From Octopus sinensis (lineage: Eukaryota), in the NCBI RefSeq assembly GCF_006345805.1, contig NC_042997.1:196726001-196790000 (forward strand): DNA of 64,000 nucleotides. The letters run 5' to 3'. Position 1 is the first letter of the stretch. The number at the start of each line of letters is the position of its first letter. Made by a program: the position numbers and the translations under genes. Under the pieces are notes generated by a model. The model had not been told where the DNA came from. It worked only from the letters and a program-made list of their open reading frames with translations, and did not search any database. This document shows positions 26,961 to 40,297 of this stretch, piece by piece.

Positions 26961-27807
26961 TGTTTCAATAATATAACCACCTATTTAAAATAGTTTCTTA
27001 AAGTGTTCTATTCCCAATTATCCATTTGAAAGTGAATGAAATGTCTATATGATTGTTCCAAAAAGCCTTTCGATAAACTAATTATTAATGTGATGGTTAA
27101 TATCTATTAGCATGACTGACAATATAGACTAGTGGGGACAAAGATAAACAAACGAGGAGGCATGTTACCAGATCGCTCAGCCAGCAAGAAGTAACAGCAA
27201 TAGAACATTCAGATCATACACTCACTTTAAAAAAGAACACAGTTGATTATATATTTCCTGGTAGGCAATGCCTGATACAAAAGCATAGATGTGCATAACT
27301 GGAATGTCTTCTATGACTAAGTGATAAACAAGATTTTAAATACTAAGATACGTGACGTTATCGCAATTTATTCACATTTGAAGGTCATAAATAATTAAAG
27401 ACAGAAAAGATTTGTCTACAATCGCATTTTCTGTATATGACTTGACCTATAGCACCTAGTCCGACATTTTTTTTTATTGATGATTAGAAACGCAGTCATC
27501 ATAGCAATCGTATTAACTCGGAGGCGTTAAATGTAATGTTTACTGTTTTTGCTTTCAGTTTTGCCAAGCGTCAACTTTAACAAATCCTCCAAACATCAAA
27601 CGTTGATAAACAACTTTACCACACAGTATATTTGTTATTCGTTTTCAAAGGAATAATTTAAACTGATGTCATTAAGTATATCTAACGTCAATCAAACTTG
27701 CATCCTGTACGTTTAGTCTAAATTTAATGAATAACTAGACAGACGACAGAATACAAATGAGGAAGCAGACGCACACAAACACACATATATGTGTGTGTAT
27801 AAATAAA

Positions 27808-27842
<35 letters not shown>

Positions 27843-27853
27843 TATATGCACAG

Positions 27854-27888
<35 letters not shown>

Positions 27889-28160
27889 CATACACATCGT
27901 TATCGTTGCATCGAAGACAGACAGAATCGATATTTATAGAAAAAAAAAGAAACAGAACAAAATTATTTATTTGTGCTCACAACTTCGTAACTGCGTTACA
28001 AACATTCGCTGTCAATTACATCAATTTAAGTTTTACAATAATGCAGAAGTATTGTAGCCATCTTACATAATCTCTCCTTTGCTGGCAAAATTAATAGTCT
28101 TTCTTTAGTGACATAATCAATAATACGTGAAACGCATATATATATATATATATATATATA

Positions 28161-28610
28161 TTAGGGGTATCGAAAAGTAATGTCGTAATTCAAAGAAAAT
28201 TATGTCAAAGTATCGGGGTCCTATCCAGGAGGTTTAATGAGTCTTAGTTCCCTGTGTAAAATTATCTGAAGCAGATTGAGGATGTGTATAGAGACGGGAA
28301 GTGGGTACAACAGAAAGGAGTAATCCTGTAATATGATTATGTAAGACCACATTCTGTGAATGTAACCCAAGGAAATATAAATGCATTAGGTTGGGGATCT
28401 CTGCTTCACTTTCCTCCGCAGATCCAGTGGCATCTGATTTTCACTTATTCAGGTTGCTTCAAATCCTTACTAATGGAAAAGACAGTCAGAAGCTGGGTCC
28501 ATATCGAAACGGTATTCCAAGCATATTTCCCTTCCAGAGGGATCAGGAAAAAAGGTTTTGAGGTGGGTAAGTGTTGTTGTTAACGATGGCGATTATATAC
28601 TGAATAAATA
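28161..28610 (+). mobile_element. Internally deleted, decayed mariner element
   Basis: TA|ttaggggtatcgaaaagtaat TIR-like end; KGVIL*YDYVRPHSV, LGW, DPVASDFHLFRLLQ (SPDLAPSDFHLF motif) and NDGDY. Confidence 0.75.
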
Positions 28611-28756
28611 AATATATATTTATTTATGGTACCTTTAATGCAATCTATCTGTCTGTCTGTCTATGTATCTATAGGTATTTTCTATCTTTTACTTGTTTCA
28701 GTTATTACAGTGTGGGCATACTGGGCCACCTCCTTCAACACACACACACGTCTATG

Positions 28757-29120
28757 TGTGGAGGTGCAGTGGCCCAGTGGTTAGGACAGCGGACACGCGG
28801 TCGTGGGATCGCTGTTTCGATTCCCAGACCGGGAATGTTTATTGAGCGAAAATACCTAAAGCTCCATGAGGCTCCGGCAGGGGGTGGTGGCGAACCCTGT
28901 GGTACGCTTTCACTACAACTTTCTCTCACTCTTTCTTCCTGTTTCTGTTGTACCTGTATTTCGAAGGGTCTGCCTTGTCACACTGAATCTCCCCGAGAAC
29001 TACGTTAAGGGTACACGTGTCTGTGGAGTGCACAGCCACATGCACGTTAATTTCACGAGCAGGCTGTCCCGTTGATGGGATCAACTGGAACCCTCGTCGT
29101 CGTAGACGACAGAGTGCCAC
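28757..29120 (+). mobile_element. SINE family C, full length, alternative tail
   Basis: gcagtggcccagtggttaggacagcggacacgcg..gtttcgattccc..gagcgaaaatacctaaagctcc; tail ctccccgagaactacgttaaggg..gaaccctcgtcgtcg. Partial minus-strand copy at 31341-31517. Confidence 0.9.
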
Positions 29121-30053
29121 GACGATATAACAGAAACGAAACGAATGGAGAATTTCATCGCAGAAGCGAAATGCATTGAAGAAATCAAATGATATTTTAA
29201 ATACAGACATTTCAAAATATTCCCGGAATGGAATTACATAAATAAAACAAAATAATGTTATATTGAAATGAATTATAATTTAACCTACTTTTAGGCCCAA
29301 CATGTTTACTATCTGACAACATGGTACAAAACTCCTCTTGAGGGTTTAGCATTAAACGGACGACTTTTGCGATATTGCATTTTGAAACGCAGAAGACCTC
29401 AATTAGATGGCATTATCAATAAAGTTGCTGGTAAATTGTCATTATTATGTAAATAATGCAAATCTTGGGAGACTATCGTTTAACGTATCTCTATTAATGT
29501 AGCATTTACACATGATTATATATTATGGACATTGCCCTTTTGTTCATAACAATCAAAGGCTTTCGCTTTGAAATCATTGGATTCCCTTTCAAGGTCAATT
29601 CGCTCTTTCTAAAATGTCAATATGTATGAAAGAATATTAGGTTATACAGCTCCGTGTTATGTTATGCATTTGCATCTCAATATATATGTTTAGCTACGAA
29701 AAATCCTCCATATGTATAAGCTATGTATATCTGTTGTGTCATATAACAATGTTTACAGACGATACGAGAGTCGTCTTCTATTTCGTCTTTTACAACCTGA
29801 CTTATTTTTTTTTAGTACCTAGAGTAATTTCTTATTACCATGCTCTTTTCACAACAGTTTTACTTCAGATAGACTCTCATTCTGACACAGCTTGCTGCCG
29901 AGTGGACGATATGGTAGACGAAATATTTATCGATCGGGTGGTTATGTTTTAAATGTGATCTAAAAATAATTCCATATATGATACTTAGGATTTCACAGAT
30001 GTACGATGATAACGTCAGTAGATGTATGTATGTGTGTGTGTTTATACCGTTTA

Positions 30054-30464
30054 TCTTTTACCTTTTGCTTCTTTCAGCCATTAGACTGCGGTCATGCTGG
30101 GGCACCACCTTGAAAGATTTTTAATCTAACGAATCTATACCACTGCTCATTTTTATATTTAGTCTGCTACTTTCTCTATCGGGTACTTTTTCCCGATCCG
30201 CTAAGTCATGGGGGCATAAACGCACCAGCGCCGGCTGTCAAGCACTGGTGCGGGATAAACACAGACATAAAGACACATATAGACACGTAAACAAATAGAT
30301 ACGAAAGGCTTCCTTCAGTTTCCGTTTTCCAAATCCATTCACAAGACTTTGGCCCTGCCCGCGACTATAGCAGAACACTTGCCTAAGATGCCACGCAATG
30401 AGAGACTGAACTCGGAAGTATGAGGTTGGGAAGCAAACTTATTATCACACAGACACGGCTGCGC
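30054..30464 (-). mobile_element. SINE family A, diverged; separate plus-strand tail fragment at 30487-30565
   Basis: Reverse complement aligns with 19971-20392. Confidence 0.85.
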
Positions 30465-31594
30465 ATATATATATATATATATATACAAAGAATAAGTCCT
30501 GGGGTCGACTTGCTCGACTAAAGGCGGTGCTCCAGCATGACCGTAGTCAAATGACTGAAACCAGTAAAAGAGTAAGAGAGTACGTATACATGAGTGCGTC
30601 TACACACACACAAACATACACACTTAATCACACACATACTCACAAACATATATATGAGGATACAGACACAGGGACAGGCACACACTCATACATGCATACA
30701 CACACTCACACATACATACATGCAAACATACATACATACATACATACATACATACGTATCAAACTACAGCAGGGGATTATTTTCATATCGTTTGATGTAG
30801 ACATTTAAAAATCTGTTTGATATGTGTGTATGTATCTATATATAAAACGTCAATTGAGAAACGTAATTTTTTTTCTTCTGAATTGACAAAAAAATGTCTT
30901 ATCTTATTTCTACAAATGTGGACTAAGTGGAATATATGCAGACGAAAATATATTTCTTAAAAAGAAACTTCTGCGAAACTTGCATATTATCACAAAAGTC
31001 ACTTGGAATCAATCAAAATGAACAAATGCAGCAGAAGGAATCATTTGAATAATTTGCTGAGTTTAAAATTTTGAGAAATAGTTAAGTTTGAAAGTTATAG
31101 ACGTTATAAAGATGTCCGCGGCGAATTATCTTCATATACAGTATATACACAAATGCACACATATCGGTGGAATAACTGAATTACTCAGTCTGTGACGTGT
31201 TCTGTCTATTATATAACCACATTGCAGGAACAATATAGGTATCAGCATACTCGCTTCTGGGTAAAAGTAAATATTATTATGAAATTAGTTTTTGTATATT
31301 AATTCATTGTGAGATAGGCTCGCTCTCTTTTCACACGCACACAGACACGTGTACCCTTAACGTAGTCCTCGGGGAGATTCAGTGTGACACAGAGTGTGAC
31401 AAGGCTGACTTTTTGAAATGCAGGTACAACAGAAACAAGAAGAAAGAGTGATAGAAAGTTGTGGTGAAAACGTACCGCAGGGTTCGCTACTACCCCCTGC
31501 TGTAGCCTCATGGAGCTTTTTCACACGCACACATTATACACATGTATACACACACTCTTGCATAAATGTATTTTTCTCTCTCTCTTTTGTTGCA

Positions 31595-31694
<100 letters not shown>

Positions 31695-31954
31695 ACTACG
31701 TTGAGAATTGATGTACAATAAAAAAAATCACGGTAATTAAGATTTCGATTGAGATCAATTCGTTAAACGCCAGAATGTTACTTACATTACATGGGAACGA
31801 CATGCATGTTTATACATAATCGGCTAAAACGACTTTAAGAGCAACTAAAATGCTTTAATTCCATATATGATTTATACTCTGTGCTCAACAGCTGTTTCAT
31901 TAAGGTAAACACGAAATACGATCAAATGTATAATAATCCCGAAATGGATATTTG

Positions 31955-32345
31955 GAGTAACGTAACTCAACAGGAGTAGATCAGTGAATCTTTCCGAGTC
32001 GGACCGCTACTGTGGCACTACGGATATCTGATTAGAATATGGCAGGAAAGAATCGTAAGACGGATTCTTCAAGCTGAGACACACGGCAGATCTAGAGGTG
32101 GTGCCAAAAGATGTTCACATAACGTCTTCTTATGGTACATATTTGGGAATGGAGCCGGAAAGTGTAATATCACTTGCTTCTGCTAGGTCCCCGATATAAC
32201 AAGGGGCTCTACTGATCTTCAGAAGCTCAACGTCACCTTGGAGGATGCAGAGAAGCTGGCACGGGACCATCGGCGATAGAAAGCACTGGTGGACGTAGGC
32301 AGCTCTACGCTTGATAATGTCTCTCGAACCTGAAGCAAGCAAGAA
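31955..32345 (+). mobile_element. RTE-like LINE 3' end fragments
   Basis: LLWHYGYLIRI..ERIVRRILQAETHGRSRGGAKR resembles the RTE C-terminal RLRWYGH..R..GxRxRGRP; then DLQKLNVTLEDAEKLARDHRR*KALV and an (agca)n-like tail. Confidence 0.7.
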
Positions 32346-32350
32346 GCAAG

Positions 32351-32395
<45 letters not shown>

Positions 32396-32545
32396 CGTTT
32401 AGACAACGTCGATTTGACGGAGAGAGTATACTAATATGTACCATGTACAATCAATCACTATGACCAAATCATTTGTGCCGGTCGCTCGGCAATGGCTGAA
32501 AGCTCACGCATCGTCTTAGGTAGAAGAGCCCATCATATGTATATA

Positions 32546-32591
<46 letters not shown>

Positions 32592-33082
32592 TGAGATCAT
32601 AATTCTGACTGTGTACTTGTGCACATCTTCATATTCACCGTAATCGTGTGTATGCATACAAATGTTTTATTTTAAATGAGACATCCATAATATGCGAATC
32701 TATTTGCGGAGTAAATTATATATCGCGATAAAAGTGGGAAAATTTGGTATATTTTTAATTCCATGTTTAATAACAAGAGAAGCGCAATAAAATATACAAA
32801 TATAGAAACCCCAATCCGTAATTCTTCAACCAAAGATTAAAAGTATCATTTTTGAATCGCTGTCTCTAGAATTATGAATAGAAGATTCGAAACATGCTTT
32901 TTCTACATATACACTTTTTAAAACTCCTATCCTGTAATGAAATATCTGGAACATGGATTTAAAAATATATCAAATTAAATATATATATAGGTATATATAA
33001 TTCAAAATGGCTGACGACTAGCATCACGCTTGAAACTCAAAAGTAGCAACGAATTTGAATCCATCTGTTTTGATCCAAACTT

Positions 33083-33115
<33 letters not shown>

Positions 33116-33133
33116 CACACAAAAGCTATGGAC

Positions 33134-33165
<32 letters not shown>

Positions 33166-33694
33166 ATATCATCGTTAAATTTCTAATATGTATTACACTT
33201 GGTAGAGGAATCATAACAAAACACGACACTCACCGCGGTATTGATTGAAACGAGAACATAAATATTCTGTGTAAGATGTTAAAACAATATCACGGATTTA
33301 CAACTTAAAGTTAGTTAAAAGGTGTGTCTGTATATTGACGATCGTCTGTTTCGTTTAGTAAGTCTGCAGCAAATGAATATTCAACTTACCTGTTCTTTGC
33401 GATCTCTTGGTCATGTCCACCCTTCAGTTTTTCTGAAGGATACAGCAGCTTTTTTTTACCCTGTTTTTGCACTTCTAATACCTTGTCTTTTTATTTGTTT
33501 TTCAAGATATATGTTCAGTTTTGAATCCTGAAAAAAAAAGAGTAAAAGATGTTCTTTATATGATGAAGAATTCCAGATTTTATTTATAAGAGTAAAAAAT
33601 CACATCGTGTTTGCAATATCTCTCTGATTATAACAAAAACAATAAGAGTTGTATTAGTAGTATAAGTAATAAAAAACAACAAACAATACTGGTT

Positions 33695-33859
33695 TAAAAA
33701 ATTTTGTCACAAGGGCAGCATGGAGGAGGGGATTAAATCGATTACAACGACCGCAGTGTTTCACTGGTATTTAATTTATCGACCCCGAAAGGAAGAAATG
33801 CAAAGTCGACCTCGGCGGAATTTGAACTCAGAACGCAGCGAATCTGCCAGATCGCGTCC

Positions 33860-33860
<1 letters not shown>
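33695..33860 (-). mobile_element. SINE family B
   Basis: aaagtcgacctcggcggaatttgaactcagaacg core. Further copies at 42040-42245(-), 43548-43772(+), 46044-46262(+), 51745-51945(-), 51965-52125(-), 57278-57400(-) and 59790-59995(+). Confidence 0.85.
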
Positions 33861-33936
<76 letters not shown>

Positions 33937-33944
33937 AAAAGGAA

Positions 33945-34275
33945 ATGGGAAGTTGTTTACTTATCTATCCATCATACCTGTTTGATTCCAGGATCGTAAA
34001 AAAATACAATCCCTTAAAATTTGAAATAGGAATAATTTGGAGCATGCGAACAGTAAAGGTCGTGTCTATAATGACTGAAGAGATTGAAAGAGAATGTTTG
34101 GTAGAGCTCCTACAGAAAGTTTGGCTCTTAAGGACAGCAAGGATTATCAGGAGGGTTCTAAGCATTTGAAAGACTGCTATAAAACTTGTGGAAACCTAAG
34201 GTAACAGATGGTAACCCGCAACCCGTATAAATCCAAGCAGGAATAAGACCGAACCTGAATCAAACCACAATGATG
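33945..34275 (+). mobile_element. R4/Dong-like LINE 3' fragment
   Basis: KYNPLKFEIGIIWSMRTVKVV...LQKVWLLRTARIIRRVLSI*; preceded by (AAT)n(AAG)n at 33862-33938. Confidence 0.65.
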
Positions 34276-34467
34276 ATAATTTCCAAGGACTAACAGCAAC
34301 ATCTCGCATAACCCTAAAAGGCTATGGTACCTCTTTAGTGAAAATATTTGATAAATACAATCGAAAGGAAATTAATATTGAAAGTAATATCCTCATTTCC
34401 TACTAAGTATATAGTATAATGGATTAATGTATACTGGATAACGTATTTTATTATATATATATATATA

Positions 34468-34637
34468 TATAGCAAATAAGAAAATGGAGAAGTACAATAG
34501 TTGGTCCATCAACTTTAGGACGTTAAATGTTAACTTATTTATTTAACTATCATTTTAATAAATAAATAAGTTAACATTTTAATGTCCTAAAGTTGATGAA
34601 CCAACTAATGTTCTCTTCCATTTTCTTATTTGCAATA
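34468..34637. repeat. Fold-back palindrome, ~75-bp arms, 13-nt loop
   Basis: gcaaataagaaaatgg..ttatttattta / taaataaataag..ccattttcttatttgc; 6 mismatches and 1 indel by manual alignment. Confidence 0.95.
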
Positions 34638-34832
34638 TAAATTAATAGTAGAATATCTCTTTATCTTCACCCATTTAATACACTAGATAAGTTAATTGCA
34701 ATGCAATAAAAACACTCGTGTATTAATAATTCTGTATCATACCAACAATATATTGGATAGATATTATCCCTTAGTTGGTTAGACCCACAACCCCTAACTT
34801 TCTTGGAGTTTTATATATATATATATATATAT

Positions 34833-36015
34833 ATTAAGTATTTCCTGGCGAATAGAACGCAACATGTTGTAGTTGATGGAGGCCACTCAAACCCAGCAAA
34901 AGTCACCAGCGGTGTTCCCCAGGGAACTGTTTTGGGTCCGCTACTCTTCATAATTTACGTAAACGACCTTTCAGTGTCGTACATCACTGCAAAGTGAAAA
35001 TATTCGCTGATGACACTAAGCTCCAGCAAATCGTCAATGAAGAAGCAGACCGAACTCAACTCCAGTCTGATCTATATGCTGTGAGTCAATGGGCAGACAG
35101 AAACAAAATGCAACTGAATGAGGGAAAGTTGAGCTGATGCATTTTGGAAGAAATTCCTCGCTAAAACAACCATACTCTCTTCCTTCAGGGGAACCGCTCA
35201 CAGCCTCTAACAATATCAGAGACCTGGGTGTAATTATTGATGACGATCTCAGTTGGAGTGCACATCAACAAGAAGGTTGATATAGCTCGTAGGATGAGTT
35301 CCTGGATCTTAAGAACTTTCCGGTCCAGAGAACAAGGTGTCATCATACCACTTTTTTCCTCCTTGTACGCACCACACCTTGAATACTGCTGCCCACTGTG
35401 ATCTCCTCCACACAAGACAAAACATCTCCAGAATTGAGTCACCCCAGAGGGCTCTCACTAAACAAATGAAGGCATGGCTGCTCTGTCGATTATTGGGATC
35501 GCCTTAAAGCCTTGAAACTTTACTCCCTCCAGCGTCCGCCCTGCGTCTGTGAGCGGTAACATCATTTGTACGATGTGGAAAATATACCGCCAACTGGCCC
35601 AAACGACCTAAACATTAGCTTCAAGGTCCATCCAAAGATTGGACCACGGGCTATACGTCCCCTGCCAAATTCAAGATCACAACATACATTACACTGCAAC
35701 ATAATTTCTTTTCCTCAACAGGCCCTGCCCTATTTAACATTGTCCCGAGGGAGATCAAAAGGAAAGGATCCCATCAACTTTAAACGGAGTCTGGATAGAT
35801 TCCTTCAAAGAATACCAGATAAGCCACCATAATTGGATACAACTCACCCAACAAGAACTCACTACTTGAACAAAACTGGATACACTCACCCAACAAGAAC
35901 TCACTACTTGAACAAAACTTGCTTAAACAGGATTCGAATAATCCTATCAGGTGGTGCTATTAAGTTAGACATGGCCTGGCCAATCTCTGGTCGAAACATA
36001 TCTAAGTTCTAAGTT
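34833..36015 (+). mobile_element. CR1/L2-group LINE, 5'-truncated, RT to 3' end, frameshifted
   Basis: FLANRTQHVVVDG..SGVPQGTVLGPLLFIIYVNDL, IFADDTKL, LVRPHLEYC-like and SLDRFLQRIPDKP peptides; short (ctaagtt)2 tail; internal 43-bp tandem duplication at 35834-35918. Confidence 0.9.
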
Positions 36016-36044
36016 ATATATTATATATGATAATAATAATAATA

Positions 36045-36405
36045 ATATTAGGGAGTAAATCCAAACTTACACGGAAAATTAGATTAGGATAAATCTAATA
36101 TATATATATATATATTATATATATAATATATATATATAATATATATATGAATTAGAGATAAAACCACTATGAAGCAACTCAAACAGTGTTAGACATAAAC
36201 TAATATGCAAATAACATATATAATTAATATAATATATATATATATTTTATACAAAAATTATAAAATGAATGATAATGATGATAATATGAATGATAAATAT
36301 AATTTTATTTGAATATTTTATATATTTATACTATGAAATTTGATTTGATACTAAATGAATTTTTCCCTGTAAGTTTGGAGTTATATTCCCTAAACTATTA
36401 TTATT
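36045..36405. repeat. AT-rich element bounded by ~40-bp inverted repeats
   Basis: ttagggagtaaatccaaacttacacggaaaatt / aatttttccctgtaagtttggagttatattccctaa; a lone arm copy at 57575-57602. Confidence 0.75.
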
Positions 36406-37386
36406 ATATATATATATATATATATATATAATTATATATATAATATATATATCTATATATACATAGACACTTTGTAATGTATTCAGGCTAACAATATTGC
36501 AGCATAACTGCACTGCTCACATCTAGACATTCCAATTTCATCCCTGCTAAGCAAAAGCTCAATCGTACTCATATGTACTAACTTCTGTCTATTCAGAGAT
36601 AATATGAGATTTTTAAGAGAGAGACAGGCTACCGTATAGATCATGGTAACGATTTTATATTCCAGTTTTTATTCTTAATAGAGATTTATCATTTTTATCA
36701 TTGAAAATTGTGTGAAGCTGATCCCGTCTGCTTCTTTTTTTGTAATCTATCTGTAACTTAGTGTTCCTTAGTCACTTCTAGGTTTACAACCAATAAGTGC
36801 ATAATCCAGTACAGGCTTGGCTTTTCTAAGCTTGTTTATCAACTCAGAAAAATTCGCCATCTTACCTTATATATTTCTTGTCTGTTTGAAAGTATTTATG
36901 TACGTACGGTACGTGCGTGTATGTGTGCGTGCAGGTGAGTGTATGTGTGTGTGTGTGTGCTGGCGCGCGAAAACGCGATCTAGATATATAGATTGCGTTT
37001 CCAAACGACACAGGAAACCTTAATCTCGATGTTGTTGATGATGACGATGACGACGATGGCATTGTCGATGATTATTTGAATGGCACATCGAAATCGTTAT
37101 CATAAGTATTGTTGTTGTTGTTGTCGCTGTTAATGGCAATTTAAGCATTAAGGTTCGAGATAACAGCTGGAGAAAGACTGGGTGGTGTACAGAACATCCT
37201 GCAATGGTTACTGATGAGTCGGCAGAAGTTATCTTCACAAGTCTTTCCTCTGTAAAAATAGTATTTATACCCTCTAGTCATCTCCTTAATTAAGATCTGC
37301 AGTTAGTTATAAGTTTTCATTTTTCGAAGGAAAAAGTAAATAAAGATATGAGGGAGAGAAAGCGGAAGAGGGAGAGAGAGAAAGAA

Positions 37387-37418
<32 letters not shown>

Positions 37419-37509
37419 TAAAAGATAATGAGAGAAGGTGAAAGATATGTTAACAGAGAGCGACATAGGAAGAGATATGTGATTGGTCAGGAAGATATCT
37501 CTCTCTCTC

Positions 37510-37511
37510 TG

Positions 37512-37543
<32 letters not shown>

Positions 37544-37976
37544 AACACATATCTACATATCTGTATGTATGTATGTATGTATATATATATATATATATAT
37601 ATACATATATACATATCTACATATCTGTATGTGTATGTGTATCTATATATATATATATACATATCTACATATCTGTATGTATATGTATAATATACATATG
37701 TAAGTATATATATATATACATATCTACATATCTGTATGTATGTATGTATATATATATATATATACACACATATCTACATATCTGTATGTATGTATGTATA
37801 TATATATATATACACACATATCTACATATCTGTATGTATGTATGTATATATATATATATACACACATATCTACATATCTGTATGTATGTATGTATGTATA
37901 TATATATATATACATATCTACATATCTGTATGTATGTATATATATATATATACACATATCTACATATCTGTATGTA

Positions 37977-38049
<73 letters not shown>

Positions 38050-38070
38050 ATATATATATGTGTGTGTATG
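37510..38070. repeat. Higher-order microsatellite: 9 copies of catatctacatatctgtatgt with variable (TA)/(TATG) spacers
   Basis: Anchor counted 9 times between 37545 and 37976. Confidence 0.95.
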
Positions 38071-38973
38071 CAAAGATAAATAGAGAGATAAATAGAGAGA
38101 TAAACATAGCTAATTAGGTAGATGGACAAATATAGTGTGCTTACAAGTGTATATGTTTACAGAGAGGGAGAGAGAGAGCGAAAGAGAGAGAGAGAGAATA
38201 GAGAAAGAGAGAAAGGGAGAGATAAAATGTGAGAGAAATATACTGGAATAGTGCAACAGATAAATGACAAATATATGGGAAGTCATAGTGCTAGAGAGTT
38301 AGAGACCTAGAGAGTTAGAGAGCTAAAGAGATACAATGATATATGGAGGAGGCGTGTAACAAAATATGCAAAGAAGGAAAACGAGATATTGGACTGAAGT
38401 TGATCGTATGGAATAACCTTATCAGTATTATTATCATTAGATATTACTGCTGCTATTATTGTTGTGTTGGTTAAAAAAAGAAAACAAACTAATAATAACA
38501 TGAAACCCACTATGTTTATAAGCAATGACAAAGTTAATATATAAACTGCAAATCATACATAAACGTGTATATATATATATATACACAATCACACGCACAA
38601 ATTCACATATGTCTTCTAAATACGTCACAGATAAACAATAACCAGCGGGTTTTTCAATTTTTAGTTTATCCTACTTTCACATTTAGATTTGTATATTATT
38701 ATATGTATGTATGTATGTATGTATGTATTTGTCTTGTGTCTGTCTGTATGTATATATCAACCTAGGTGCTTACATACACACAAGTATATATGTATGTGTG
38801 TGTATGTGTGTTTGCATTTTTTGCGTAGGTGTAAACGCGCACGCAGAGGCATAAAAAGCGTAAGTTATAGATATGCACATGAAATAAATTGGAGTATATA
38901 TATATATATATATATATATCGCTGGCGATTTTTTTCCTTCGTCATCCCTTCCTTGGATCTTTCTTTTTCCTAT

Positions 38974-39008
38974 GTTTCTGACGAAGAGCTCCGCTCGAAA
39001 CGTTAAAT
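38974..39008 (+). ncRNA. Minimal type I hammerhead ribozyme motif in a Penelope-LTR-like fragment (38920-39110)
   Basis: GTTT-CTGACGA-A-GAGC-tcc-GCTC-GAAA-CGT-T-AAAT; canonical core, ACGU palindrome, short stem I. Confidence 0.7.
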
Positions 39009-39116
39009 CCTCCTTCTTTCTTTTCTTTCCTGAGCGTCCAATAACACTATACTTGTTCCACGTCCTCGTGTTGTTGTGTTTTCTCTTTGTGTTTTCATGT
39101 TTGGATTAACTTATAT

Positions 39117-39173
<57 letters not shown>

Positions 39174-39272
39174 AATAATGAAGGGTGAAATTAATTAATT
39201 TGGAAAAATTATCAATTACACCAAGTAGTCTTCGGCATGTAAAACCTCATTCGAGGAAAATTTAAGTAATAC

Positions 39273-39639
39273 TAAGCAATAAGGGTTTAGCAACGAGTTG
39301 CCTTACCACATACCGAATTTAGAAATAGCAGTCAAAGGGTTATAGCTATTTCTTCTACTAAAAAGGGAGACTTCAGTAAAAACGCATTTGGAAGGCAGAC
39401 CCAAACAGTTAAGAGAGAATGAATTGACTGCAATCTATCATACATTTTTTTAACTAAACTAAAAAAATGTATGATAGATTGCAGTCAATTCATTCTCTCG
39501 TACCTGTTTGTGTCTGCCTTCCAAATGCTGTTTTACTGAGATCTCCCTTTTTAGTAGAAGAAATAGCTATAACCCTTTGACTGGTATTTCGAAATTCGGT
39601 ATGTGGTAAGGCAACTCGTTGCTAAACCCTTATTGCTTA
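39273..39639. repeat. Fold-back palindrome, 180-bp arms, 7-nt loop
   Basis: Arms 39273-39452 and 39460-39639, loop actaaac; 9 mismatches and no indels by manual alignment. Confidence 0.97.
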
Positions 39640-39655
39640 TTATATATATATATAT

Positions 39656-39692
<37 letters not shown>

Positions 39693-40149
39693 ATGAGAGA
39701 GAGAGAGAGTTTTTCCTTGGGGCTGGCCAGATTGGAGAAATCTCGAGTATAACCAGCCGAAATTGCAAAGATAATCTGGAACTCGAATGAGGAAAGAAAA
39801 CTCCGACTGAACCCAGAACCATGTGGTTGGTAAGCAAGCTATTTACCACACAACTACTCCTACGTATTGTAAATATTTTCTAATTATTGTTATAATTTGT
39901 TATATCTAATTATAAATGCAAAACAACACCACACACTCGCCTCCCGAGTTTCGTTTTCAATACAGTATATTCAGTTCTTTGTTTACTCATCTACAGTACA
40001 CTACGTACTTTCTTTTAATATATTTTAATTAATATATTTTAATTAATGTATTATACAGTGCAGTTCTATACTCTATTGTTATTTATCATTTTATTAATTT
40101 TTAGTCATGAAAATTCTTATTTTGCCACAAAAATAATTAATATCTAAAA

Positions 40150-40290
40150 ACGAAATATAAATATCCATCGGCCGCAGAAACACGTGATATACTGAGGGGT
40201 CCGCGATATAAATTTACACATATTAACCAGAAAAATCCGCGAGGTACTGAGGGCGCGATAGTTGAACCTCGATGTGGCAAGTGATTACTG
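40150..40290. mobile_element. Right part of a pogo/Tigger-like element
   Basis: Shares aatataaatatc(c/t)atcggc..gatatactgag with 9528-9661 and ends gattactg|TA; left end unresolved. Confidence 0.6.
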
Positions 40291-40297
40291 TATATAT

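Noticed and set aside
37020-37262. Strong minus-strand acceptor followed by GKTCEDNFC (EGF-like look)
   Set aside because: Cysteine spacing does not fit EGF, there is no strong donor, and the frame runs into a stop or low-complexity sequence.
37545-37976. CRISPR-like repeat-spacer pattern
   Set aside because: Spacers are simple-sequence slippage products, the context is eukaryotic and there are no cas genes.
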